A stretch of 59,479 bases of DNA from a bacterium (GTDB taxonomy: Bacteria > UBA9089 > CG2-30-40-21 > SBAY01): the NCBI GenBank assembly GCA_040757115.1, contig JBFLYA010000002.1:1-59479 (forward strand), written 5' to 3'. The notes under the pieces are model-generated. The model saw nothing but the letters and a program-made list of their open reading frames with translations, was not told the origin of the DNA and did not search any database. Positions 33,347 through 43,261 of the stretch are shown piece by piece; position 1 is the first letter of the stretch, and the number at the start of each line of letters is the position of its first letter. The position numbers were made by a program, and so were the translations under genes.

Positions 33347-35110
33347 TTATGATGTCTTCTGATAAATAAATATCTTTCCATCTCCTGGAGAATCAAATTC
33401 TTTTATTTTAACATAAGAATCTTTAAATGTTTTTAAATTAGTTATTGGTTTTTCGAATTTTTTAAAGAGAACAGATTCCTTATCATGAAATATTATATAG
33501 TTAGGCTTATATTTATAAAACCAATAGGTCATATCCTGCTTCATGAGGTGATAAGCTATCTCTCTAGGCATAACTAATCCACAGATATCAACCATTCTTC
33601 GTTGACTATAATATCCAACAATACCTATTTCAACAGCTGCCACTGAGACATTTTGAGGAGTATTTCTCTTCAACCATAATCCAACTTCTCGATATTGGAG
33701 ATAATATTCCGAAGGTAAACTTTTATACTCTTTATAGTCTATTTTAATAAGTGGAAAGATTACTATCAATAATATGAGAAAAAATGTTATTATTCTAAGT
33801 AATTTAGTTCTGAGATATGGATTGAAGATTAACCATTCACAACCCAGCCCAAGGAAATAACCCGTGGGTAAAAACAAAGGTATATAATATTGATGGTAAG
33901 GAGGAACATTTAATAAAGAATATGCGGTATAATATAAAATCATCCACATAAAAATTGAGATATCCAGAAGTCTTTTTTGATAAAGATGTAATATTCCAAA
34001 AAAGAATGGAACGGTTAGAAGAAGAACAAGAATATCCTTTCTTAAATAATAATCTATCTCATAAAAAATCCCTCCACAGAAGTTTAGTTTCCAATAGCCT
34101 GCTTTACCTTGACAAATTTTTGCATATAGGGTATTGGGTGTAATTGAACCAAAATATAGATAAAGGAAGAGTAAAAATGGTAATAATATTAATCCAAATA
34201 AGACTAATGATTTGAAAGGAATCTTCTTTGAATTTATTGAATATATACCATATAAAACTATGGCTAAAATAATACCATCTCCTCGTGTTAAGTAAAGTAA
34301 AGCCAAACAGATACCCATTGGCATTAATTTATTTTTCTCATAAAAATATAATGAAAGTATCATTAACATTAAATAAAGCATTGATTCTAATCCATAAGAT
34401 TGAATTAGATATGGATTTATTGTGATGAAAACAGAGCTAATTATTCCTCCTAAAATTCTCTTTTTATTGTAGAATATTAAAAATAAAAAATATGATGCAA
34501 AAAATAGTGAAATGGTATTTATTACTCTGGCAGCAAGTGGAATATCTTTATAAAAGAAACTACCTATCACATAGAGAATAGTATTTAAAGTGGATGTGGT
34601 ACCATTAATATGTTCACCTAAATTATATACCCAGCCTTGTCCTGAAAGGATATTATTCACATACCGAAATATAATGTAAGGGTCATCTTTTTCTAATCCA
34701 ACTGGTAAAAAAATAGCTATAATGATTACAACTACTGATAAGAATAGTGGATAAAACCACTTTAAGTACTTTTTAAAAAATCTTTCCCTACCTATCTCTA
34801 AAAACTTTTTATCCTCTGGAAGTTGGATTTCAAAGAGATTTTTAAAGGTAAATTTTCTTAAGAGAACTCCAAGATACAGGCATATAACTCCTAAGGATAT
34901 CATTTGAAAGATTAAAAAAATGAGGATAGGATATATTTCCCTTTCTGCACTTGGGTCAAATCCCTTTACAAAGTGGATAATTATTGTTTTGAAATATAAA
35001 AACATATCTTCTTTGAAAAAGAATAAGACTGTTGATAAAATTAATAAAATTATACCCAATATCATAAGAATTTTTGGTATTAACCCCTTTTTATTGAAAT
35101 TATCTCTCAT
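33347..35110 (-). CDS. Polytopic membrane protein, possible GT-C-fold glycosyltransferase
   Basis: 587 aa with at least 12 hydrophobic segments and a soluble C-terminal ~130 aa. No motif I can name with certainty. Confidence 0.5.
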   Translation of the reverse strand: MRDNFNKKGLIPKILMILGIILLILSTVLFFFKEDMFLYFKTIIIHFVKGFDPSAEREIYPILIFLIFQMISLGVICLYLGVLLRKFTFKNLFEIQLPEDKKFLEIGRERFFKKYLKWFYPLFLSVVVIIIAIFLPVGLEKDDPYIIFRYVNNILSGQGWVYNLGEHINGTTSTLNTILYVIGSFFYKDIPLAARVINTISLFFASYFLFLIFYNKKRILGGIISSVFITINPYLIQSYGLESMLYLMLMILSLYFYEKNKLMPMGICLALLYLTRGDGIILAIVLYGIYSINSKKIPFKSLVLFGLILLPFLLFLYLYFGSITPNTLYAKICQGKAGYWKLNFCGGIFYEIDYYLRKDILVLLLTVPFFFGILHLYQKRLLDISIFMWMILYYTAYSLLNVPPYHQYYIPLFLPTGYFLGLGCEWLIFNPYLRTKLLRIITFFLILLIVIFPLIKIDYKEYKSLPSEYYLQYREVGLWLKRNTPQNVSVAAVEIGIVGYYSQRRMVDICGLVMPREIAYHLMKQDMTYWFYKYKPNYIIFHDKESVLFKKFEKPITNLKTFKDSYVKIKEFDSPGDGKIFIYQKTS

Positions 35111-35235
35111 TATACTATCTCTCCCATTTAATCTCAGAGAATAAAAATCCTTTCATTAATTATTTTTTGATAACAGATTACTTTACGCCATCAGAAATTT
35201 TCGAGTTGGATACTTAGTAATAAGATAAAAAGTCT

Positions 35236-35967
35236 CTATGTTTTCTCATATTCCACAAAAAAATGCGCATGGGTCCAATTTAATAATTTATTGTTTGTCA
35301 GTTTATGTTTTAGAAACCACAAATAAGTTAAAATTTTAAAATTTCTGCAATATGTTATTTCCCCATCAAATCGCTCTAAATATATTCTTTTAAATTTATC
35401 TTTACATAACTTATCTAATTTGTGTATTGAATTTGCTCGATAATAACATTTATAATGTTCAACATCATCACATTTATGTAATATCTTTAAAATTTTTAGT
35501 TTCAGCGAATGAGGAATTATCATTGAGAATCCCAAACTACTCTTTATATTTGAAGTACATATCATCAAAATACCTCCCTCTTTTAATATTCTATAAGATT
35601 CATCAATAAATCTACGGGGGGACTTGAGATGTTCGACAACCCAACGGGTGTATATGATATCAAAGGTAGAATCTTTAAATGGCATCTGTTCGATATCTCC
35701 TACTTCAAAAAAGAGATTCTCAGCTTTGTATTTTTCTTTTCCTTCTCTAATATCTTTTTCATTTATGTCTATGGTATAGATTTTTTTAACAAATGGGTGA
35801 AAATGATAGCTTTCTGTTCCAGAACCGCATCCAGCATTCAGGACAACCATATTTTTAACTGCCGTTAAGTCTATTTTTCTCTCTTTCCAATCTTTCCAAC
35901 CTACATAAACTCCTTTTCTCTTTAGCCATTCGATTCCATCAAATTTTTCTTTCCCTTTTTCTACCAT
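35236..35967 (-). CDS. Class I SAM-dependent methyltransferase
   Basis: VLNAGCGSGTE (motif I); DIIYTRWVVEHL. Confidence 0.82.
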   Translation of the reverse strand: MVEKGKEKFDGIEWLKRKGVYVGWKDWKERKIDLTAVKNMVVLNAGCGSGTESYHFHPFVKKIYTIDINEKDIREGKEKYKAENLFFEVGDIEQMPFKDSTFDIIYTRWVVEHLKSPRRFIDESYRILKEGGILMICTSNIKSSLGFSMIIPHSLKLKILKILHKCDDVEHYKCYYRANSIHKLDKLCKDKFKRIYLERFDGEITYCRNFKILTYLWFLKHKLTNNKLLNWTHAHFFVEYEKT

Positions 35968-35994
35968 AACTTTACCTCTTTAAAGTATGATAAA

Positions 35995-37485
35995 TCATTC
36001 CAGGTCAATATTTTTTTCATAACAAATTACCTCAAGCCCTGAAAACTTTTTACTATCAATTCTCCGATAGTTTTTGTCAAAATAACTTTTAGTCAAATTT
36101 TCAGGGTCACTTTCCCATAAACGCCCTAATATTAACCATACTCTCCTATATTTCTGAAGTTCCTGTTTAGCTTTGTTAGAAATTTTAGAATTGATGAATA
36201 TTTGATTGGCCATAAATGAATATCTCTGTAACCATCCTGAATAATAGTAGTTAAATGGCACCAGCAGGGAAGGAGCAGTGATTAAAATTACATCATTTAA
36301 AATAGCATTTGTCCCAATATATTTAGTTACCTCTCGATAATCTTCCTTCGCATATTTTTCATTAAAATAATAATTATTTAATGAGAACGAACTACATAAA
36401 ATGAGCAATAATATAAAGCAAGCCCGATATCCCTTCCTTTTAACATGAGATATTCCACTAGCTAAAATAAGATAATATGCAGGTAAAGACATACAGACAT
36501 ATCTTACATTATAGGTAATATTAGTGTGTTGAACGATTAAAAACGACCCTAACATTGGTATTCCCAGATGTAGGAGTAAAAAAATTGCTTTTTCTTTATC
36601 CTTTACTAATGCTTGAAGACCTACGATAAAGATTACTCCAAATATAATTGTCACAGGAATAAGTTCAAACAAATATGGTAAACACAAAGAGATAGAATGA
36701 TACAGATGTAATTCAGCTATCGATGGACCTACTGAAAATCCCACACTAAAAGCAAAAAAAGTATATGGAAATACCATAATACCTATATTTTGGGCAAACC
36801 CTGCCGAATTGTTTATCAGGTTTATATAGATAAACATCCACGGTAAATAAAATAAACCAATTACGACTTGAGATAGTACCAATTTCTTGAAGACACATTG
36901 ATATTTTTTCCACATTAAAACCATAAATGAATTTTCAAAAATTATGAGAAAGATTATATATGGATGGGTATAAAGCCCTAAGGTAGTTGTTAACACATAT
37001 CCTGACCAGGCAAGATAATAATTTTCTCTAATAGATTTTAAGAAAAATATTACTGAAGTTATTGATAATAATATGACTAAAGAATACATCCTGACTTCCT
37101 GGGAATACCAAATATGAAAGGAAGAGATAGATATAAGTAAGGCACTAATTAACCCAATTTCTTTATTAAATAGCAATCTTCCTAATAGAAAGAACAGATA
37201 AATACTTGCTGTTCCCAATATAGATGGTAGTAATCTCATAGCAAATTCACTTTTACCAAAATACAACCAGTAGTGAAGTAAAATATGAAAGAAAGGAGGA
37301 AGATTATCAGCACTTGCTTTAATATTTTCAATTATTGTAGCCGCAGGTTTTTCTGAGATATTTATTTGGACTACTTCATCAAGCCATAGACTTTGACTTC
37401 CCAGGTGGTAAATTCGTAAAAAAAATCCTATCATTAAAATAATTATTATAAAAATCTTAGTTTTATCAAAGCGAGTAGTTAACAT
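35995..37485 (-). CDS. GT39 / PMT_2 (ArnT-like) GT-C glycosyltransferase
   Basis: LGSQSLWLDEVVQ motif in the first loop; polytopic. I moved the start to Met43 (ATG 37485). The track ORF (to 37611) would add a non-membrane leader overlapping the divergent gene. Confidence 0.75.
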   Translation of the reverse strand: MLTTRFDKTKIFIIIILMIGFFLRIYHLGSQSLWLDEVVQINISEKPAATIIENIKASADNLPPFFHILLHYWLYFGKSEFAMRLLPSILGTASIYLFFLLGRLLFNKEIGLISALLISISSFHIWYSQEVRMYSLVILLSITSVIFFLKSIRENYYLAWSGYVLTTTLGLYTHPYIIFLIIFENSFMVLMWKKYQCVFKKLVLSQVVIGLFYLPWMFIYINLINNSAGFAQNIGIMVFPYTFFAFSVGFSVGPSIAELHLYHSISLCLPYLFELIPVTIIFGVIFIVGLQALVKDKEKAIFLLLHLGIPMLGSFLIVQHTNITYNVRYVCMSLPAYYLILASGISHVKRKGYRACFILLLILCSSFSLNNYYFNEKYAKEDYREVTKYIGTNAILNDVILITAPSLLVPFNYYYSGWLQRYSFMANQIFINSKISNKAKQELQKYRRVWLILGRLWESDPENLTKSYFDKNYRRIDSKKFSGLEVICYEKNIDLE

Positions 37486-37587
37486 ATAATTACCTTCATA
37501 AACTTTTTCCTTTATAGGATAGCATAATTTAGAAGAAAATGCAACTATTTTTTGTTGACATAGCTGGAATTGTGAATTATAATAATT

Positions 37588-38784
37588 ATGATGAAGGTTC
37601 TGGTCATACATGATAATTGTAGTATTGGTGGTGGAGCCAATATATATCGAAAAAAACTATCTGAGTTGTTAGAAAAAGAAGGGGTGAAGACATTTGTCTT
37701 TACTTATGCCAGTCAAGAAGAGGATAAAGAGACCTATTATTGTTATCATCCCCCTGGTGGAATAAAATTTATTCGATATATCCATAAATACCTTAATCTA
37801 TTTATCAGTTTAAGAAAATGGATAAATAAGATAAAGCCGGATATTATCCACATTCATCATAATTACATTTTTACCAACACCATCCTCCTGGCGTGTCGAA
37901 ATAAGGTCCCTATTATCCAGACAGTGCACGATTATAGATTTATCTGCCCCATTGGCACCGGCGTGAAGAAGGTAAAAAAAGAGATTTGTTCTCATTATCA
38001 AGGGTTTGGAATTTTGTGTTATCTTGAAGGATGTATTTCTTTAAGAGATTTCATCCGCCAATTTATACTGAAGAAAATTAATAAGTATCTATTAAAGAAG
38101 GTCGTAACTTTATTTATTGCTCCCTCTATGTTTATGAAGAATGCCCTGAAGGATTATGGATTAGAGGCGTTATTTATCCCTTTTGGCATAGATTATTCAA
38201 AATACGAGGGGATTTCTCCGGCTGGCCAACAATACAGAGTGCTTTTTATCGGCGACCTATATCGCAGTAAAGGAGTGGACATACTATTAAAGGCATTTTG
38301 CCGGGTCAGCAAGATTATCCCTAGGGCAAGATTAGATATAGTCGGCGATGGTCCGATAAAAGAAGAATTGAAAAATGAATGCCAAAGGCTAAATCTCCAG
38401 AATAATGTTACCTTTTATGGTCGTATGCCTGATGATGAGACGCTAAAGTTTTATTCTAAAACTAATGTTGTTGTGTTACCCTCTATTGTCCTTGAAAATA
38501 GCCCATTGATTATCTATGAGGCGATGGCAGCGGCAAGACCCATCATCGGAAGCAGAATCGGTGGCATTCCAGAATTAATCATTGAAGAAGAAACCGGGCT
38601 TTTATTTACCCCTGGTGATACACAAGAATTGAGTGAAAAGATATTGCAAACCTTGACGGATAAAGATAAGGCAACTAAAATGGGTATGGCTGGCAGGAAA
38701 AAGGTCGAATCACAATTCGGTCAACAAAAATTCCTACAAGAATATCTTAAAATATTTAATGAGTTGGTTAATGAAAAATCATAA
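37588..38784 (+). CDS. Glycosyltransferase family 4
   Basis: SIVLENSPLIIYEAMAAARPIIGSRIGGIPELIIEEETGLLF (the EX7E region). Confidence 0.88.
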   Translation: MMKVLVIHDNCSIGGGANIYRKKLSELLEKEGVKTFVFTYASQEEDKETYYCYHPPGGIKFIRYIHKYLNLFISLRKWINKIKPDIIHIHHNYIFTNTILLACRNKVPIIQTVHDYRFICPIGTGVKKVKKEICSHYQGFGILCYLEGCISLRDFIRQFILKKINKYLLKKVVTLFIAPSMFMKNALKDYGLEALFIPFGIDYSKYEGISPAGQQYRVLFIGDLYRSKGVDILLKAFCRVSKIIPRARLDIVGDGPIKEELKNECQRLNLQNNVTFYGRMPDDETLKFYSKTNVVVLPSIVLENSPLIIYEAMAAARPIIGSRIGGIPELIIEEETGLLFTPGDTQELSEKILQTLTDKDKATKMGMAGRKKVESQFGQQKFLQEYLKIFNELVNEKS

Positions 38785-38921
38785 CCGTTCACCGCAAGAT
38801 GCCACAGAGACGCATACTATGGTTTTTTGAAAAATATGTAGCGAAGGTCGAGATATCTGTGTTTGTGATTTAAAAAAGCATAAATAGGAAAGGCTACAAG
38901 AAAAATTATAAACGAAAGGGG

Positions 38922-39371
38922 GTGAAAAAAATGAAAAAAATAAGAAAGTTGTTAGTAACAGCGTTTGTTCTTTCGGTGATAGCTACACCTATGTCTGCGT
39001 GGGCAATTAACGATCTCTGCTGGAACATAAACGGCTGGTATATAAAGGTGACGGCTAACTATGAGGGAAGTTATTTAGGAAATCAGATATGGTCTTTGCA
39101 TGGAAAAGGGCCTGCCGGTCCCTGTGAAGGGACAGCCCTTCTTCCTGTAGATGGTTCGTCTATATCAGTCAGTGTTGAATTACTCCAGGCAGGCAATGCT
39201 TATGCTGTAATGCACCAGGCAACTCTTAATCCAAATACACTTAGTGGAACAGGTTATTGGCGTTGGTTTGACAGTAGCGCTGCAGGTAGCTCAACCTGGA
39301 CATTCACAGCACCCGTACCATGGATGCCGGCTGAAACTAAAGGAGACCTTACATCCGCAGGAGTCAAGTAA
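38922..39371 (+). CDS. Small secreted protein of unknown function
   Basis: Signal peptide MKKMKKIRKLLVTAFVLSVIATPMSAWA. Two sampled 60-nt lines are 47% and 50% GC, well above neighbouring genes. Confidence 0.6.
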   Translation: MKKMKKIRKLLVTAFVLSVIATPMSAWAINDLCWNINGWYIKVTANYEGSYLGNQIWSLHGKGPAGPCEGTALLPVDGSSISVSVELLQAGNAYAVMHQATLNPNTLSGTGYWRWFDSSAAGSSTWTFTAPVPWMPAETKGDLTSAGVK

Positions 39372-39397
39372 TTTTTCCCTTTTCAGGGAGAAAACAG

Positions 39398-39449
39398 GTG
39401 AGGAGGGGGAAAATGTGAAGGGTTGCCCTTTATATTTTCCCCTCCTCAT
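39398..39449 (+). terminator. Strong GC-rich hairpin downstream of 38922-39371
   Basis: gtgaggagggggaaaat, loop, attttcccctcctcat. The loop holds a second small hairpin, aagggttgcccttt. No clear U-tract, so terminator function is uncertain. Confidence 0.4.
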
Positions 39450-39623
39450 TCAGCCTCGTAGAGGCGTCCTGGGTGTAGTAGTAGGGTCAGGTGACCTTAC
39501 TATTACTACTCTACCGTAAATTAAAAAGGAGGGTAACTATTCACCACGAAGAGCACGAAGAACACGAAATGGAATTTAATGTCTTGTAATTTTCGGTAGT
39601 GTCTGACAATAACTACAATTTTT

Positions 39624-39826
39624 TGTAACCGTTCAGGTTTTGAGTTACTAATATTGATTGAGATTTCGGAACACTTACAAAATATTGAATGTAGAATGTA
39701 GAATATCGAATGTAGAATGTTCAAAGTATAAAAACGGCTAAACAGAAAAATCCAGAAACTTCATCATTCTACATTCAGTATTCTACATTCGATATTCAAT
39801 ATTATTCCTCTTGCCTGAACGATTAC
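39624..39826. repeat. Non-coding inverted-repeat element with 13-bp TIR gtaaccgttcagg / cctgaacgattac
   Basis: The TIR pair encloses aatattgaatgtagaatgtagaatatcgaatgtagaatg and its reverse complement. Its TIR matches 5489-5725 but the interior differs. Confidence 0.7.
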
Positions 39827-39936
39827 AATTTTTTTAACCACAAAGATCACAAAGAGTTTCACAAAAGAGTCAAAGATTTTTGAGAGAATAAATTTTTCCC
39901 TTTATTTCTTTGTGTATTCTTTGTGTACTTTGTGGT

Positions 39937-40048
39937 TATAGCAGTTATTATTCAAAACTTTACTTAGAATTAAATACTCGTGACTACTCGTAGTGAATTA
40001 ACAAGTTATGCGTAAACCATTGCTACACTATGTCAAATTAGTGCTATA
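39937..40048 (-). mobile_element. MITE, short 112-bp variant of the 248-bp family
   Basis: Ends tatagcagttattattcaaaactttact and ctatgtcaaattagtgctata match both termini of the 248-bp copies. The interior is unrelated. Confidence 0.6.
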
Positions 40049-40175
40049 ACTCTCTATATTTTTAGACAATTATGTCCATTTGGCTTGCCTTCCCCCATTT
40101 CTTATGATAAAATGGGGAAAAATAGAATGTGAAAATTCTACCTCATCCTTCATTTAATGTCCCATAGGGACAATA

Positions 40176-40423
40176 TATAGCACTTATTAATCGAAATTTG
40201 ACCAGATATGGCTATGAAATTCCAAATCACAAATTCCAAATTCCATTTAGTGAATTAGTGAATTAAGCGAATTAGCGAATTAGTAAAATCTAATCTCTAA
40301 TTCACTAATCTCTAATTCGCTTTTTGGTATGTGGAATTTGGTGCTTATTTGGGATTTGGTGCTTGGGATTTGGGATTTTTTACTTATCCACCCTGAGTAA
40401 AATTTTGACTAATAACTGCTATA
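40176..40423 (+). mobile_element. MITE copy 1 (248 bp), inserted into the hairpin-rich dispersed element
   Basis: TIRs are tatagcacttattaatcgaaattt and aaattttgactaataactgctata. It interrupts a sequence that is continuous at 170-200 (gggacaatatat|tggtagaa). Confidence 0.8.
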
Positions 40424-40585
40424 TCGGTAAATGGCTTTCCATAAATTTTCTACCAATATATCGTTCCTACGGAACTGATTGATTTGTCTATCTATTGCTA
40501 CCGATATTATGTTCCTAACGGAACGATTATTCTCATGCCTTATTTATGGGTATTATCCTATGTAAACTTTCAGTTAATAACCGCT
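40424..40585 (+). repeat. Dispersed hairpin-rich element, copy B (3' part, downstream of the MITE)
   Basis: Near-identical to 182-340. The 5' part (cttcatttaatgtcccatagggacaatatat) lies at about 40147-40175, with a single 48-bp-type unit. Confidence 0.85.
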
Positions 40586-40655
40586 ATAGTTACCATCAAA
40601 GTTATTTTTGAGCCTAACTCTTTTGATCTTTTTGGTAATCAGTTAAAATTCTTTG

Positions 40656-40684
40656 TTGACAATAGGGAAAGATTTTGGTAAAAT
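40656..40684 (+). promoter_or_regulatory. Orphan sigma-70-type promoter with no downstream ORF
   Basis: TTGACA (40656-40661), 17 nt, TAAAAT (40679-40684), with TGg extended -10. The next ~300 nt have no credible ORF. Confidence 0.4.
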
Positions 40685-40982
40685 ATTCCCATAATGGGCA
40701 AACCCCGTTAGAAATATCTATAAGTAGTAGAGTGATGAGAAATGGGGAGTGAAACAATCAATAGTGTAGAAGTGTAGAATAACCAAATAAGCTTCTATGA
40801 CAGACAGTATAAAGGGGAACTGGGGGATTGCAATCCCGGTAACCGTTTAGGGATATAGCCACAGAGCCACAGAGAACACAGAGAGAATATATAACCACGA
40901 ATGAATACGAATAATAAAAAGCAGGAAAGCGAACCTAAAGGTTCCCACTACACTTATCGAATGTCACAGGTTAATTCGTGTC

Positions 40983-41231
40983 TATAGCAGTTATTAGTCA
41001 AAATTTTACTCAGGGTGGATAAATAAAAAATCCCAAATCCCAAGCACCAAATCCCAAATAAGCACCAAATTCCACATACCAAAAAGCGAATTAGAGATTA
41101 GTGAATTAGAGATTAGATTTTACTAATTCGCTAATTCGCTTAATTCACTAATTCACTAAATGGAATTTGGAATTTGTGATTTGGAATTTCAGAGCCATAT
41201 CTATGTCAAATTTCGATTAATAAGTGCTATA
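40983..41231 (-). mobile_element. MITE copy 2 (249 bp), inverted relative to copy 1
   Basis: Its reverse complement matches 40176-40423 with only 3 small differences seen by eye. Confidence 0.8.
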
Positions 41232-41711
41232 TTTGTGGCTAATTTTCCTAATTCTCTGTGAACTCTATACCTCTGTGGCTGAACGCTTACCAATCCCGTA
41301 CCTGTTTAGCGTGGTCAGAGAGTACAAATGAATGGTACTGACTTAGTGCGAAACCACTTCAAACACAGCAGGTTGTGTAATACAAAATCAAAAATTAAAT
41401 ATTAAAATGCAAAATTACAAATCAAATTTCAAAAAGGACTTCAAGTATTTTAACGCTGAAAGGAAAGAGATAATTTTACTGAACTTTGGCAAAGATAGTT
41501 TATAGTTTATAGTTGATACTTATCAGATAGTAGATAGTTGATAGTTGAAGGACTATAGACTATAAACTATAAACCATAAACTATAAACGAGTTTTGCATT
41601 TTGCTCTTTGGAGGAAATTGATAAAAATAAAGGTTTTAAATACCTGCTTAAAAACTACAGTTTCCTAATTTTGCAGAACTCTAATGGACAATTAATAAAA
41701 GGAGGAAAAGT

Positions 41712-42416
41712 ATGGCTGTTTCATTACTAAAAACAGAAGAGGAACATATTCTTAGAGTCTTACCTACCTTGTTAAAAAGGGATGAACAATTCAAGGGTTC
41801 TCTCTATACCATCTTAGGAGAAACCTTTATTAAAAGGGATGACTTCTCTGAACTTAAGGATATTGTAAAGGAACTTGCACTTGCACAGAAAAAGACAGAA
41901 GTAAGGGTTGAAGAGCTTGCAGAGGCACAGAAAAGGACAGAGGAGGAACTTAGATTACTGGCATCAGAAGTAAAGATTACCAGAAAAGAACTTAAGGATG
42001 ATATTAAGGATACCAGAATAAACTTAAGTGGATTAGGTAAAAGTATGAGCTACGCCTTAGAAAATGAAGCATTTCGAATGATTCCTGGCGTATTGAAGGA
42101 AAAATATGGCATTCAGCTAAAAGAAAAGCTTATCAGGACAAAACTTGGGAAGAAAGAGATAAACATATTCGGTAAAGCTGAAATAAATGGGGAGGAGGTA
42201 GTGCTCGTAGGCGAGACACAACTAAGACTGGATGAGACACGGAAGAAAGACAAAGAAGGTATATTTAAGGACTTAAAAGAAAAAGCAGAGGTAGTAAGTA
42301 AGGAATATCAAGGGAAAAGGATAGAGAAGTTGTTAATTGCCCATTTTGCTACCCCGGGGTTTATAAAAGAGGCAGAAGGAAGAGGCATAATCGTCATCCA
42401 AAGCTTTGAGTGGTAG
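41712..42416 (+). CDS. Coiled-coil protein with C-terminal nuclease-fold-like domain (DUF3782-like)
   Basis: LALAQKKTEVRVEELAEAQKRTEEELRLL repeat, then a C-terminal alpha/beta region (EINIFGKAE..VVLVGETQLRL). From memory it resembles proteins annotated DUF3782. AAGGAGGA RBS. Confidence 0.5.
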   Translation: MAVSLLKTEEEHILRVLPTLLKRDEQFKGSLYTILGETFIKRDDFSELKDIVKELALAQKKTEVRVEELAEAQKRTEEELRLLASEVKITRKELKDDIKDTRINLSGLGKSMSYALENEAFRMIPGVLKEKYGIQLKEKLIRTKLGKKEINIFGKAEINGEEVVLVGETQLRLDETRKKDKEGIFKDLKEKAEVVSKEYQGKRIEKLLIAHFATPGFIKEAEGRGIIVIQSFEW

Positions 42417-42505
42417 TTATAGAGGGATAGTTAACCGTCTTCTCTGGAGTACGGTAATCGTTCAGGTGGTAATAATTCACCGCAGATGCGGTAAACAGTT
42501 ACAAG

Positions 42506-43261
42506 ATGTTAAATAGAATACTTTCTCGGCAAATAAAAAATTACCTGAAAACATTTTTAAGACCCAAAAATCTGATATTTTGTCCCGAAGTGGTTGATAA
42601 ACCTGAAGGGAATAATATCATAGTTTTATCTCCGCACTTTGATGATGATGTCATTGGCTGTGGGGGAACTTTGCATAAACATATTCTTGCTCAGGATAAA
42701 GTAGCGATTATCTATTTTACTGATGGTCGAGAAGGAGACCCATCCTTTGAGGATAAAGAGTTATTGGAAAAGACAAGAAAACAAGAGGCAATGAATGCCA
42801 CAAAGACTTTAGTGATTGAAAATTTGATATTTTTAGATGAGCCGGAAACAAGATTAAAATCAACCAAACCCTTAATTAATAGATTATCTGAGATATTTAA
42901 CCAGATAAAACCAAATTTAGTCTATTTACCCTGGTTTCTGGATAACCATATTGACCACTTTGAGTTAAACAGGATATTTTTAGACCTATCTAAAGAGATT
43001 CAATTGGACTTCAATATCTGTGCTTATGAATGCTGGACTCCTTTAATCCCCAATATTGTAGTCGATATTGGAGATGTCATTCCCAAAAAACAGGAGGCAC
43101 TAAAATCCTACCAGACTCAAATTAGACAGGTAGATTATCTTAGCACGATTTTAGCCTTGAATAAATATCGCTCGGTGACCAATTTACGAGGCAGGAGTTA
43201 TAGCGAGGCGTTTTTATATCTACCCGTTAAAGATTACTTGAATTTAATGGATAAATTATGA
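42506..43261 (+). CDS. PIG-L family (LmbE-like) deacetylase
   Basis: VLSPHFDDDVIGCGGTL and HIDH motifs. Confidence 0.85.
   Translation: MLNRILSRQIKNYLKTFLRPKNLIFCPEVVDKPEGNNIIVLSPHFDDDVIGCGGTLHKHILAQDKVAIIYFTDGREGDPSFEDKELLEKTRKQEAMNATKTLVIENLIFLDEPETRLKSTKPLINRLSEIFNQIKPNLVYLPWFLDNHIDHFELNRIFLDLSKEIQLDFNICAYECWTPLIPNIVVDIGDVIPKKQEALKSYQTQIRQVDYLSTILALNKYRSVTNLRGRSYSEAFLYLPVKDYLNLMDKL

Noticed and set aside
39244-39519. 91-aa ORF overlapping the 3' end of 38922-39371 and the GC-rich hairpin
   Set aside because: It has no RBS, overlaps a better-supported signal-peptide ORF in another frame, and runs through hairpin and low-complexity sequence.
40685-40760. c-di-GMP-I (GEMM) riboswitch suggested by gggcaaacc just downstream of the orphan promoter
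   Set aside because: Only the GGCAAACC-like octamer is present. I could find neither the second conserved block (GGGACGCAAAGCC-like) nor the paired P1/P2 architecture, and no gene follows.
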